A DNA stretch of 64,000 nucleotides. Origin: Clostridia bacterium (lineage in GTDB: Bacteria > Bacillota > Clostridia > Oscillospirales > CAG-272). The position numbers and the translations under genes are program-made. Location of the stretch: positions 1,929-65,928 of the forward strand of contig JAGATA010000031.1 in the NCBI GenBank assembly GCA_017621475.1, given 5' to 3'. Of the stretch, positions 21,970-31,306 are shown one piece after another. A model generated the notes under the pieces. That model saw only the letters and a list, made by a program, of their open reading frames with translations. It had not been told where the DNA came from and searched no databases. Every line of letters begins with the position of its first letter. The first letter of the stretch is position 1.

Positions 21970-23428
21970 TGCGTTCCCTCAAGAGAGATTCTTTTATCAT
22001 CTCATCTTCATCTATGGGGTGGCTCATTGCGCTCTTGCGGTAAACGTTGCAAGCGCCCAGCCAACGCGCCGCGTCCTCTCCCTCGGAGGGTTCGGAGTAG
22101 AGCACGATTCCCTTTTCCTCAAGAACGGCGATGGCATCTGCCGTTTCGTGCTTGAGGTGGGTTGCTGCGCTCACGCGGATGTGTGTAAATCCAACTTCAA
22201 GCACCGTTTCTGCGGAAAGCGTTTCGGGCTCCCAAGCATCGAGCATTATAGAGATACCGTTTTTAAGGTAACGCTTAACGGTCTCCTTATTCTCTTTGCC
22301 AAGCGCAAGGTAGGTTTTTTGCGGAATGGTAAGAACGAGCTTGGATTTGTCTATCGGTTGGTCTTTCCAGAGCTTTTGGAAGCGCTGGAGCTGTGTTCCC
22401 TGCGCATAGAACGAAGGGATCATTTTAAGAACTATAGCTTCTATATCGAGCTTGCAGTTTTCGATACGCAGAAGCGCGTCTGCCGCCTCGTAAAGGAAAT
22501 AGAATGACATATCCGCAACAAGGTCCAGGCGAAGGAGTTGTTCTTCAACGTCTGCGATCTCCTCTTTTTCGTTGGGATCTTCCGCGATGCCGCCGAACCA
22601 CGGAATGGCTTCGTAAGAAACGATATTTCCGTTTTCGTAATTCATAACAGCGCTGTAATCAAGACCCATGGGGCGGTCTTTTCTCTTTTCTACAAGCGGG
22701 ATAGTTTTAGGTATGGTCAAAGTGTAGGGGAGGTATTTTCTATATACCGCGCGGCATTTTGCACGTGCGGAGCGAAGCACATCTATAAGCTCGGGAGAGA
22801 AAGCTTTGCCGCTTTCTGCAAGAAGCTTTTCGTATGCTTCCGCGAAGGGGTCTTCGGATTTTGTTTCCGAGGTGAGGCGGTCAAGCTCCTTGGCAAGCCC
22901 TACTACCTGCGCGATGGGGCTGATCTCCATACCCTTTCTGCCGTCCGGGTAACCCGTGCCATCCCATTTTTCCATATGCTGACCGCAAGTCTCGCGGATC
23001 ATAAGCCACGGAATATTTTCCGTAGGGTTTTCTTCTGCGGCGTCTGTTCCGCGGCGTCTTGTTCTCTGGCGCAGGGTCTTTTCCTGAAGACGCGCCACAA
23101 GAAGTCTGCCGTCAGAGGTGTATTTGCGGTAAAGCGCCTGTTCTTCTTCGGTAAAGTCGCCCTGCCATACCTGATATTCCGCGGGCACGAGCGCTTTGCC
23201 AAGCTGATGGTAGATACCGCATTTATACGCAAGCTCGGCATATTTGCCGTTCATACGTTCGGCGCCGTCCGCCGTCTGCGTTCCGTAAGAGGAGGCACAC
23301 GCCTGTACAAAAAGCACTTGCGCGTAGGAAGCAACGCGAACAGATTGTTGCCTTATAACAGGGGCGAGAGCGCGGAAAGCCTCATCCCACGTATCATATT
23401 CTTTTCGTTTCCAGGTCTGCTCTTTCAC
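21962..23428 (-). CDS. HD-GYP-like plus EAL-like two-domain protein, both domains apparently degenerate (488 aa); likely c-di-GMP sensor or effector
   Basis: AAGGAG RBS then GTG 23428. HD-GYP hallmark QHMEKWDGTGYPDG is present, but the HD box reads YHQLGK (HD to HQ) and HHE reads QHME. The C-terminal half looks EAL-like (NGNIVSYEAIPWF in place of EALxRW; ISIMLDAWEPE in place of DDFGTG). Confidence 0.6.
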   Translation of the reverse strand: MKEQTWKRKEYDTWDEAFRALAPVIRQQSVRVASYAQVLFVQACASSYGTQTADGAERMNGKYAELAYKCGIYHQLGKALVPAEYQVWQGDFTEEEQALYRKYTSDGRLLVARLQEKTLRQRTRRRGTDAAEENPTENIPWLMIRETCGQHMEKWDGTGYPDGRKGMEISPIAQVVGLAKELDRLTSETKSEDPFAEAYEKLLAESGKAFSPELIDVLRSARAKCRAVYRKYLPYTLTIPKTIPLVEKRKDRPMGLDYSAVMNYENGNIVSYEAIPWFGGIAEDPNEKEEIADVEEQLLRLDLVADMSFYFLYEAADALLRIENCKLDIEAIVLKMIPSFYAQGTQLQRFQKLWKDQPIDKSKLVLTIPQKTYLALGKENKETVKRYLKNGISIMLDAWEPETLSAETVLEVGFTHIRVSAATHLKHETADAIAVLEEKGIVLYSEPSEGEDAARWLGACNVYRKSAMSHPIDEDEMIKESLLRERNE

Positions 23429-23522
23429 AAGCTGACTCCTTTCTTACATTAAAATGAATGATAAGGTGCATTTGCACTTATTTTCCTATGTTAATTTCTA
23501 AGATTTTCCTTTTGCCAAAAGC

Positions 23523-23561
23523 AAATGTGTCCGCAAACAAAGTGCTGTCACGGACACATTT
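23523..23561 (-). terminator. Hairpin after the 376-aa gene (candidate terminator of the dockerin/cohesin-like bicistron)
   Basis: AAATGTGTCCG-N17-CGGACACATTT, an 11-bp stem. On the minus strand it is followed by GCTTTTGGCAAAAGG. Confidence 0.4.
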
Positions 23562-23572
23562 ACAATCAACTA

Positions 23573-24703
23573 TTATTTGTTGTCTTCCTCAATGCTGTAG
23601 TTTACGAGGGGAGTTGTGTCCTTATGATTATTTTTTTTACGGAGAAAATAAACAACTGTAAGTACAATAAACGCCACGTTTATCACTGCACTGATTATGA
23701 GCAATACCAACCATACTTTATGGGAGGATTTGTTACAGAAGGGTTCTGTAGGTTCTGTGGGAACTTCAACCGTTACTTCAACGGGAACTTCTTTGATAAC
23801 TTCTTTAGTTACTTCAACTTCTTTTATAACTTCTTTTGTTACAACAACTTCTTTTGTAACTTCAACAGTTTCAGCAGGTCTGTTAACGATCTCTGTAAGA
23901 GCCGCTACAGCGGAAAGAAGAGCGTTTGCAGCATCGTCGATGTCTTTCTGAACGTTGGATGTGATCATTTCGTTAGCTGTGTTTACAGCGTCAACGAAGT
24001 CTTTCCAAGCCTTTGTATCGTCGTTCTTTGCGAAGAGCTTGCCTGCTTCGTCAATAGCCTGAAGAAGCTTTGTGCGGTCGATCTTTACAAGAGATGCGAT
24101 AGCTGTTTTGAGTTTGTTTGTGCTTGCGTCAACTCTAACCTGGCTTGTGCTCTTGAGGTTTGCACGAGCTTCGTTAAGAGCGGTAAGCATTGCTTCCCAG
24201 CTTTCAGATGTGTAATCGTTCTTGTTGAGTTCGTTTGCAATCTTGATCTGTTCGCTGATTTTGCTGTAGTCGATAGTAACTACGGGAGTTGCAGCGGCAA
24301 CCTTTACTGTGTGTGTTTCAGAGAACGTACCCATAGTACCGTCCTGGTAAACCTTATCGCCGCTGATCGTTATAGTAGCTGTATCACCAATGTTTGCACT
24401 GTTGCTGATAGTGCATTTAACAGTAACAACATATGTTTTGGGAGCTACAGAAGTAACAGTGAAGAAGCTGTCTACGCCTGTGCTCATAGCGTCTGTAACG
24501 GAAACTGTGTAGTTGGAAATAGCGTTGCCGCTAACGGAAATTGTACCGTTGATACCCATAACGCCGGATACTGCTGTGGAAACGGTAACTGTTGCACCGC
24601 GCTGGCCGCTTGCGCTTGCCGCGGAAACAGGCAAGCACAAAGCACAGAACGCAAGTGACAAAACTATAACAAGTATTAAAGCTTTATAAAATCTTTTCAT
24701 CAT
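23573..24703 (-). CDS. Membrane-anchored surface protein: signal peptide, beta-sandwich (possibly cohesin-like) module, two FIVAR-like helical segments, VTKEV repeats, C-terminal TM (376 aa)
   Basis: GGAGG RBS. Starts 12 nt after the stop of the 2041-aa gene. Signal ...LAFCALCLPVSAASA. Residues ~35-140 are beta-rich (GATVTVSTAVSGVMGINGTISV...TITISGDKVY). NDYTSESWEAMLTALNEARANL and DDTKAWKDFVDAVNTANEMI are FIVAR-like. Repeats EVTKEVVVTKEVIKEVEVTKEVIKEV. TM VWLVLLIISAVINVAFIVLTVVYF followed by LRKK. Confidence 0.6.
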   Translation of the reverse strand: MMKRFYKALILVIVLSLAFCALCLPVSAASASGQRGATVTVSTAVSGVMGINGTISVSGNAISNYTVSVTDAMSTGVDSFFTVTSVAPKTYVVTVKCTISNSANIGDTATITISGDKVYQDGTMGTFSETHTVKVAAATPVVTIDYSKISEQIKIANELNKNDYTSESWEAMLTALNEARANLKSTSQVRVDASTNKLKTAIASLVKIDRTKLLQAIDEAGKLFAKNDDTKAWKDFVDAVNTANEMITSNVQKDIDDAANALLSAVAALTEIVNRPAETVEVTKEVVVTKEVIKEVEVTKEVIKEVPVEVTVEVPTEPTEPFCNKSSHKVWLVLLIISAVINVAFIVLTVVYFLRKKNNHKDTTPLVNYSIEEDNK

Positions 24704-24715
24704 TCTGCCTCCAAA

Positions 24716-27700
24716 TTATTTGTTTTCCAAATCGGAATCGTAAGAATTGTCATCCCAAGATGTGTACTTGATGGCAATCTTGTATGTATCGCCGACGTTA
24801 ATAGCGCCGTCACCATTGAGGTCTGCTGCGAGCAAACCTGCTGTATCAAGTGTCTTAACACCTGTGTAATGCTGAGCTATCGCGTATGCGTCACCGATGT
24901 TTGTAACGCCGTCTGCATTCGTGTCACCCATAATGATGACTGTGTACTCTGCTTCTACAGAGCCCTTTGCGTTGCTTGCAACAACTTTAACTTTGTCGCC
25001 GTTGCGGATAAGACCGTCTGTCTTTTCGTTGCCGTCTCTGCCAAGAACAGAAACAACTACTTTATCAGCACCGGGAGCGTTAAAGATGATGTGTGTTACG
25101 TCATCTACGGACCAGCCTGCGGGTGTGATGTCAACGAAGATAGTATCGTTTGCAACTTCCCAGCCGGCTACGATATCGGAGCTTACGCCGAGGTCGATAA
25201 CAGGTTCTTCGATAACGATGTCGCCTGCTTCGGAGAAGAGTGTGAGTTTGAGCGCGATGTCAACGTTGTAACCCTTTACGTTTTCGCGTGTGAAAGCATA
25301 TTCGTATTCCGTTCCGCTAACCTTGAGCGCGGAAAGCTTTGTTGCGGGGCCTGTGATATCGAGCTTTGTAAGAACAACGCCCGCGATATCGATAAGGTCG
25401 CCGTAAACCGCTTCGAGTTCAACAACGTCGGCGGATGTGAGGCCGAGCTTTGTAAGCATCGCTTCACAAGTTGTGGAAGAAAGTGCTTTAATAGCTGCAA
25501 CAAACTGCGCTGCTGTTACGTTGTCAATAGCAGCTGCGAGAGCCTCAATGTCGCCGTTTGCGCTTTCAAAATAAACAGTAAGAGCTTTTACAAGAGCATC
25601 TTTTGCAGTGCCTTCGGGCATAGCGTATGCAACAGCTGTACCGATGAGAGCTGCATAGTCGTGATTGGAGGAGAAATCAACTTCGATATCAGCGGAAGCG
25701 TCATATTCGAGGTCGAATCCGTCGTTGTAGTTAACGTCCGTTACGTTGATGTAAAGGTCGTTTACAGTAACTGTATTTGCAAGACCTTCACAAAGTTTTG
25801 CAAGTTCAGTCTTTTCATCTTCCGTACCTACAACAACTACGGAGATAGTGCCGGATGTTTCGATATTGGGAACAACATCAAGTGTGATGTAGCCGTTTTC
25901 AACTCTCAACGGAGAAAATTTCCAAGCTTTTATTGCGTAATCGTAGGAAGCAACGGATTCGCCTGCTTCGATAGCGGCTTTAAGAGCTTCAAAGTCGTAA
26001 ACGTCTGCAACAACTGTGTTGATGAAATTTGTAAGAGCAGGCCACTTGATGAAATCGAGCGCTGTGTTAGCAAGGTCTGTCTTTGTGCTTTCAAGATAGC
26101 TTACTGCATCCAAAACTTCGATACTGTAAACTGTTTCACCGCCGAGTGTCATTTCAGCGTTTGTGAACATATTGAGTGCTACGTCAAACGCAACGTCAAC
26201 GAGCATAGGTTTAAGATCTGGGAAGTTTGCTTTATTGAGGAAGTCTGCGGAAAGGTTGATCGTAATGTTGCCGTTTTCTTCTACTACTGTGTAAATAGCA
26301 TTGGAAACGTAGCCTGTTTCCGTTACTTCATAACCCTTGGGAAGCATTGTTGCAACGTCGCAAGAGTATTTTCCGCCTGTGATAACAAAGTTACCGGAGA
26401 GATTGCCGTTTACAGCGCCGCATTCTGTAGAAGCAAGGCTGTCAACGATTCTTACCTTACCGTTTGCTACCATATCACCGCTGATTGTTTTACCGTTGAG
26501 GTTGATAAATACATTGTTGTTGATAGTAACAGCTTTGTCGAAAACAACATCGGAGAGGAGAACCACTACCGCGTTATTGCCAAGACCTGCAAGAACTGTA
26601 TCAAGGTTATCTGTTACAAAGAATTTGTTCGTGATACCTTCTGCGCTGTAGTCAAATACGATAGCTTCGTATTCTTCATCAAGGCCGTTAACTCGGATGG
26701 AGAAGTCAACAACGAGGCCTTCGCTGTCTGCGCCTGCTTCAGCAATGAACTGGAGGAGAGCTTCGTCAAGGTTGAGAGAGAGGAGCTTATCGCGGATCTG
26801 TGCGCTTACAGAGCCTTCGTAATATGTGTTTTCGCCTTCAAGCTCAACTGTTGTGAGCAAGTAGTTAACAAGCTTACGAACGAGATTGAACATTTCGCCG
26901 TATTCGGAAAGGTCAACTGTCTGACCGAGCTTAGCGGACGTAGCTTCGATAGCGTCTACCGTGAAATCGGTATCAGCGAAGATATCTTTAATAAGAGAGA
27001 TCTCGTATGCAAGGTTATCCTTAACATTTGTATCTGTTACGTTTTCAAGATCTACTCTGCCTGTGATAGCCATCTGTGCAAGGTAGTATGCGTATGCAGC
27101 CTTGGGAACATTGATGGTCACGTTATATTTGCCGTTGCCGCACTGAACGTCAACGTAGGATTTAACGGATGTAACAGCATCATCAAGCTGTTTGAGAGTT
27201 TTAGCGTCGCCGCTCATTGTGATGTAAAGGTCATAAACATTTGTAACATCATCAAGAGCGAGCGTGGATGTAACGAGTTCTGCACCAACTGTGCTGCCGC
27301 CAGCGATAACTGTATATGCGCCGAGAGCCATAGGTTTAACGTTACCGTTTGCGTCGATAGCACCGGCAATCTTGTTAAAGCCGAAGTCGCTGTCTGCAAG
27401 AACATCGATAATCGTCTGGATGGAAACGGAAAGGCCGTTCCAGAATTCGTAGCCGCCGATGTAAACGTAATCAGCGCTTGCGATAGCTTGGGACATATTC
27501 TTAACAGCGGACATAAGAGCATCCTGACCTACCGTTGCAACGGAAGCGTCCATATTGAGAACGAGGACGATCTTACCTTCTGCATTTTCAAGTGCGGAGA
27601 AGGAGATACCAACGGACTTGAGTGCATCGTTAAGTGCTGTTGTGAAATTGATAAGGTCTTCGCGGGAAAGGATAACCTTTTCGCGTGTGATCTTAAATGT

Positions 27701-30700
27701 GTCGTTCACAAAGAGAGTTTTGAGTTCATCGGGTGTGAATGTAACACTTGTACCCTGTGCAGTTTCTTTGCCGTTTACCGTGTAAACGTATTTAGCACCG
27801 CTTTCCGTGCATACGGGAAGCTTAACTTCCGTCTTATCGGAATAGATAGTAACGGGGTCTTCGCCTTCAATCTCAACTGTGTAAGATTTAGGAGCGTATT
27901 TGATCGTAATGGTCATAGCACCCTTGAATTCGTCGCCCTCGGAGGGGATGGTGCCGTCAACCGTTACGTTGTAGAGATCTTTGTCTATTGTGAGCTTATT
28001 CTGAAGCGTTGTGATAAGAGCATTGATCTTATCAACGTCATTCTTTGTAAGCTTGCTGCCTACCGTGAAGGTAAGGCTGTCTGTTGCGGACTGACCGCCG
28101 AGAGGTTCGCCGTTGGAGCCGTAAGCCGCAACGTTTACAACGATTCTCTTCATACCGGAAACCATACCGCTTACGTATTCGATAAGCTGTGTGGAGTTAC
28201 CAAGGCCGTAATCCTTCGTTGTGCCCTTTGCAGCCGCGATAGCGGAAGCAAGCTTCTGAAGGTCATCAAGGCTTGCGTTTGTATCGATATAGGGATTTAT
28301 ATCAAGAGCGCTGAGCTGTGCCTTGTAGCTTGCAAATGTTTCGTCTATATCTGCGATCTTGTCAACGTAATCCTGAGCGTTACCGCCGATAAGGCTTGCG
28401 TTTGCAAGGATGAAATCGTCAAGATAATCGTCAGCGGCGATTATTTCGAAGTAATTTGCAAGAGCTTCGATCTCAGCCTTCAAATCCTGAGCGTTTGTAC
28501 CTGTGTAAAGGTAAGCAAGACCGCCGTTCTGGTAATCCGTAAGGGATTCGAGAATGTAGAAGCCGTTAGTGCCAAGGCATTCAAGCTTCATAGCAGCCGC
28601 AGCATCTTTTGTTTCCTGCTTGAACTGGTCTGTGTTTGCGATCAAGTTAAAGAGAGTACCTGCTATGTTGTTAAGAGTTGTAAGGTTGCTGTAAACCGTA
28701 CCGTTCTTGTTGGACAGAGGATCGAGAAGAGCCTTCTGTGCATTTGCTTCTGTTACGAGTGTGTGAGGAAGATTTGTGTAAGCATCCGTTTCACCTGTAG
28801 CAAACTCAAGCTTGTATGCAACCTTGATCTCGGTGATAGCACCTGTGTAATCAAAAGTTTTTTCCGTTGCGCCGTTGAATACGACCGTAACGCCTGTATC
28901 CTGTGTTCCGTTATAAACGTAACCGATATAAGGAACCCATTCGAGGTCGCCAAGACCGGAAGCAAGCTTCTTCGCGGATACCTTGTATGTATCTTCGTCA
29001 ACAGCAGTTACTTCAACGAGTTCTTCGTCAAGACCTACGGGTGTTCTGTAGTAGATTTTGTCGCTCTTGATAGCTGTGGAGTAAAGGATGGATTTTTCGC
29101 CTTCGCTGTATTCCGTTCCGGGGAAGTAGCTGTTAGCAATAACTTCGCGAAAGAAATAGCCTACAGTTGCCTTACCCTCTGTACGAGTGATAACTGTATC
29201 GCCTGTTACGCGGTATGTGATACCTTCGCGCATAGGCTCGCCATTTACCTTATAGTCGTAAGACTTGGAATTGTCATAGTTTTCCGCAGCGTATGTTCTG
29301 AGTGTCTGAACGTAGCCGTAAGGAACGCTCTCTACTGTGCCGCAGAAGTCAAGTTCGTAGTTAATGGGTACAAATGTTACTGTGCAAGTTACATCGCTTG
29401 TAAGCGCATCGCCAAGGCCCGCATAATCAACTATAATGTAATTGGTTTCGTTGATTTCGTAACCCTTAGTTGCTTCGTCAGCAGCCCAAGCAGCAATAGC
29501 GTCGGTAATAACGCCTGTTTCTTTGATACCTGCGATAACGTCAGCCTTTGTTGTATTTTTGTCAAGTGTAACGGTAACTGTTTCGGTAGAAACTACAGGT
29601 GTGAGAACTTTGCTGTCGGCAATGTCGCCTTTGACAACATTTGCCTGAACTTTAACAGTTACGTTGAACTGGTCAACACCCTGTTTGAGTGTTACAGAAC
29701 CTGCAGGATATTCAGACTGTTCTGCAAGTGTGCCGTCGTGAGAGATAGCACCGCCCTGTGCAAGTGCAACAACTGCATCATTAAGTGCAGAAAGCTCTGC
29801 CGGTGTAGCTGTATCTTTGATGAGGTCGTGGTTGATAAATTTCCAGTTAGAGGAATCAACAGCCACAGCACTCAACTTTTCACCAATATTTTCAAGGGTG
29901 CTGAAGCCGTTTTTGTACAACGCAGCCTCTGCCACGCCTAAAGTTCCCATACTTACAAGGAGATCAATCGAACCCATAATAGTTCTAAAGCCGGATTTTG
30001 CATCAACAAGAACTTCAATAATATCGCAAATTCTTTCAAAAGCTTCTTTTACTTTTGCGCCATTAGCGAGCATATACTCAACCTTGTTTTCGGCTGCATT
30101 ATATTCTGCAATAAGCTTAGATATTTCAAGCTTATTGCCGTTTGCAACGTATTCCGCATAGAGGTTGCCCATTGCTTCGCGAGTATCACCGGGAGCAAGG
30201 CTTACGTTGCCGGAGCCATATGAAATACCGGGTGTGTGCAATTTGTAAAGCTCGGGAATTGCAGTTTCAATAAGTTCGATGTCGCCCGCGAGTGCCGCAA
30301 CAGCATTCATATTAACGATACCGTTGGAAAGGTACATAGGAGCGTTAACAAGTGTCTGGAACAACTCGGATTCGATTGCAACAGAAACAACGTATGTAAC
30401 TTCGATACTGTAGTTGTTGGAATCGCATACGAAAGAGCCCTTGCCGTTTGCGTCAAGAGTTATATCCTTGTAAGTAGTTCCGTAAATCAACTGAACCTTT
30501 GCGGGTTTCCAAGTGTACCCGTCTTTTGTGAAGTTTTTAACTTCAACGGTTTTTTCTTCTTTGTTTATAATGATAAGATCTGCCCTATCATCATCTGTCG
30601 GAGCCGTTATCATGTGTTCGTTTCCGACGAGTGCCGTGCAATGCAAAACAGCTTTTTCGCCATCAGACAAAAAGTCGCCTGCATAATCGGCAATGATTTT

Positions 30701-30841
30701 CGCATCGGTGATACCCGATACAGAACCTGAGAGCGTAAGTATTCCATTGTTTCCGGACGCAAATACGCCTACGTTGATGCAACCGGCGAGGAGCGCGATC
30801 GACAAAACCATAGAAACTATACGCAAAATTGATTTTTTCAC
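24716..30841 (-). CDS. Giant (2041 aa) secreted protein or lipoprotein with C-terminal type-I dockerin
   Basis: AGGGGGAAAG RBS then GTG 30841. Signal peptide with a possible lipobox LLAG|C (alternative SPase I site VFA|SG). The C-terminal 70 aa (about nt 24719-24928) are a classical two-segment dockerin: GDTNADGVTNIGDAYAIAQHY...AADLNGDGAINVGDTYKIAIKY. The rest is Ala/Thr/Asp/Val-rich extracellular-type sequence. Confidence 0.8.
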   Translation of the reverse strand: MKKSILRIVSMVLSIALLAGCINVGVFASGNNGILTLSGSVSGITDAKIIADYAGDFLSDGEKAVLHCTALVGNEHMITAPTDDDRADLIIINKEEKTVEVKNFTKDGYTWKPAKVQLIYGTTYKDITLDANGKGSFVCDSNNYSIEVTYVVSVAIESELFQTLVNAPMYLSNGIVNMNAVAALAGDIELIETAIPELYKLHTPGISYGSGNVSLAPGDTREAMGNLYAEYVANGNKLEISKLIAEYNAAENKVEYMLANGAKVKEAFERICDIIEVLVDAKSGFRTIMGSIDLLVSMGTLGVAEAALYKNGFSTLENIGEKLSAVAVDSSNWKFINHDLIKDTATPAELSALNDAVVALAQGGAISHDGTLAEQSEYPAGSVTLKQGVDQFNVTVKVQANVVKGDIADSKVLTPVVSTETVTVTLDKNTTKADVIAGIKETGVITDAIAAWAADEATKGYEINETNYIIVDYAGLGDALTSDVTCTVTFVPINYELDFCGTVESVPYGYVQTLRTYAAENYDNSKSYDYKVNGEPMREGITYRVTGDTVITRTEGKATVGYFFREVIANSYFPGTEYSEGEKSILYSTAIKSDKIYYRTPVGLDEELVEVTAVDEDTYKVSAKKLASGLGDLEWVPYIGYVYNGTQDTGVTVVFNGATEKTFDYTGAITEIKVAYKLEFATGETDAYTNLPHTLVTEANAQKALLDPLSNKNGTVYSNLTTLNNIAGTLFNLIANTDQFKQETKDAAAAMKLECLGTNGFYILESLTDYQNGGLAYLYTGTNAQDLKAEIEALANYFEIIAADDYLDDFILANASLIGGNAQDYVDKIADIDETFASYKAQLSALDINPYIDTNASLDDLQKLASAIAAAKGTTKDYGLGNSTQLIEYVSGMVSGMKRIVVNVAAYGSNGEPLGGQSATDSLTFTVGSKLTKNDVDKINALITTLQNKLTIDKDLYNVTVDGTIPSEGDEFKGAMTITIKYAPKSYTVEIEGEDPVTIYSDKTEVKLPVCTESGAKYVYTVNGKETAQGTSVTFTPDELKTLFVNDTFKITREKVILSREDLINFTTALNDALKSVGISFSALENAEGKIVLVLNMDASVATVGQDALMSAVKNMSQAIASADYVYIGGYEFWNGLSVSIQTIIDVLADSDFGFNKIAGAIDANGNVKPMALGAYTVIAGGSTVGAELVTSTLALDDVTNVYDLYITMSGDAKTLKQLDDAVTSVKSYVDVQCGNGKYNVTINVPKAAYAYYLAQMAITGRVDLENVTDTNVKDNLAYEISLIKDIFADTDFTVDAIEATSAKLGQTVDLSEYGEMFNLVRKLVNYLLTTVELEGENTYYEGSVSAQIRDKLLSLNLDEALLQFIAEAGADSEGLVVDFSIRVNGLDEEYEAIVFDYSAEGITNKFFVTDNLDTVLAGLGNNAVVVLLSDVVFDKAVTINNNVFINLNGKTISGDMVANGKVRIVDSLASTECGAVNGNLSGNFVITGGKYSCDVATMLPKGYEVTETGYVSNAIYTVVEENGNITINLSADFLNKANFPDLKPMLVDVAFDVALNMFTNAEMTLGGETVYSIEVLDAVSYLESTKTDLANTALDFIKWPALTNFINTVVADVYDFEALKAAIEAGESVASYDYAIKAWKFSPLRVENGYITLDVVPNIETSGTISVVVVGTEDEKTELAKLCEGLANTVTVNDLYINVTDVNYNDGFDLEYDASADIEVDFSSNHDYAALIGTAVAYAMPEGTAKDALVKALTVYFESANGDIEALAAAIDNVTAAQFVAAIKALSSTTCEAMLTKLGLTSADVVELEAVYGDLIDIAGVVLTKLDITGPATKLSALKVSGTEYEYAFTRENVKGYNVDIALKLTLFSEAGDIVIEEPVIDLGVSSDIVAGWEVANDTIFVDITPAGWSVDDVTHIIFNAPGADKVVVSVLGRDGNEKTDGLIRNGDKVKVVASNAKGSVEAEYTVIIMGDTNADGVTNIGDAYAIAQHYTGVKTLDTAGLLAADLNGDGAINVGDTYKIAIKYTSWDDNSYDSDLENK

Positions 30842-30981
30842 AGTTCTTTCCCCCTAATTTTATTTGTTTCTTCTTGTAAAAGCGCGTTTTTTGAACGATT
30901 TTCGTGCAATTATTACCAATTTGTTTTAAAAACCATCAAAAGAGCGCAAATTCTACAATAAAGACACGTATAACTATACCT

Positions 30982-31010
30982 ATAATAGCATTTTTCATCT
31001 TTATTGTCAA
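30982..31010 (-). promoter_or_regulatory. Candidate sigma-A promoter for the 2041-aa gene
   Basis: The minus strand reads TTGACA (31010-31005), a 17-nt spacer, then TATTAT (30987-30982), within a 465-bp AT-rich intergenic region. Confidence 0.35.
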
Positions 31011-31248
31011 TATATTTTTTTAATTCAATGTTCAAAGAAGATCTGCCAATTTATCCCTTTAAAAGGCATATCAGGTATATTTTATATATTGTCCTATTTT
31101 TGATTTTTCTTTGTACATAAACAAGCTTTCATTACATTATATATACGCGAGAGAAAACCTCTTTATCTCTTTTCACAAGCATTTTCCCACATTCTTATTC
31201 ATAGCATCGTTGATTTTTAAACTTTGTAAGAATTTTTATATAAATCCC

Positions 31249-31277
31249 TTGACAAGTTATAGAATTTGTGCTACAAT
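31249..31277 (+). promoter_or_regulatory. Near-consensus sigma-A promoter with extended -10
   Basis: TTGACA (31249-31254), a 17-nt spacer ending in TGc, then TACAAT (31272-31277); 30 nt upstream of ATG 31307. Confidence 0.65.
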
Positions 31278-31306
31278 ATGCTCATCAGATAGCCAGAGGT
31301 GAGTTT

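Noticed and set aside
24869-29941. A 1690-aa plus-strand ORF, the longest in the track after the annotated giants
   Set aside because: It is the codon-aligned reverse complement of the 2041-aa minus-strand gene. Its translation is Cys/Val/Phe/Asn-rich nonsense with no RBS or start context. It is open only because the sense gene avoids TTA, CTA and TCA codons. The sense strand has a signal peptide, a dockerin and an RBS.
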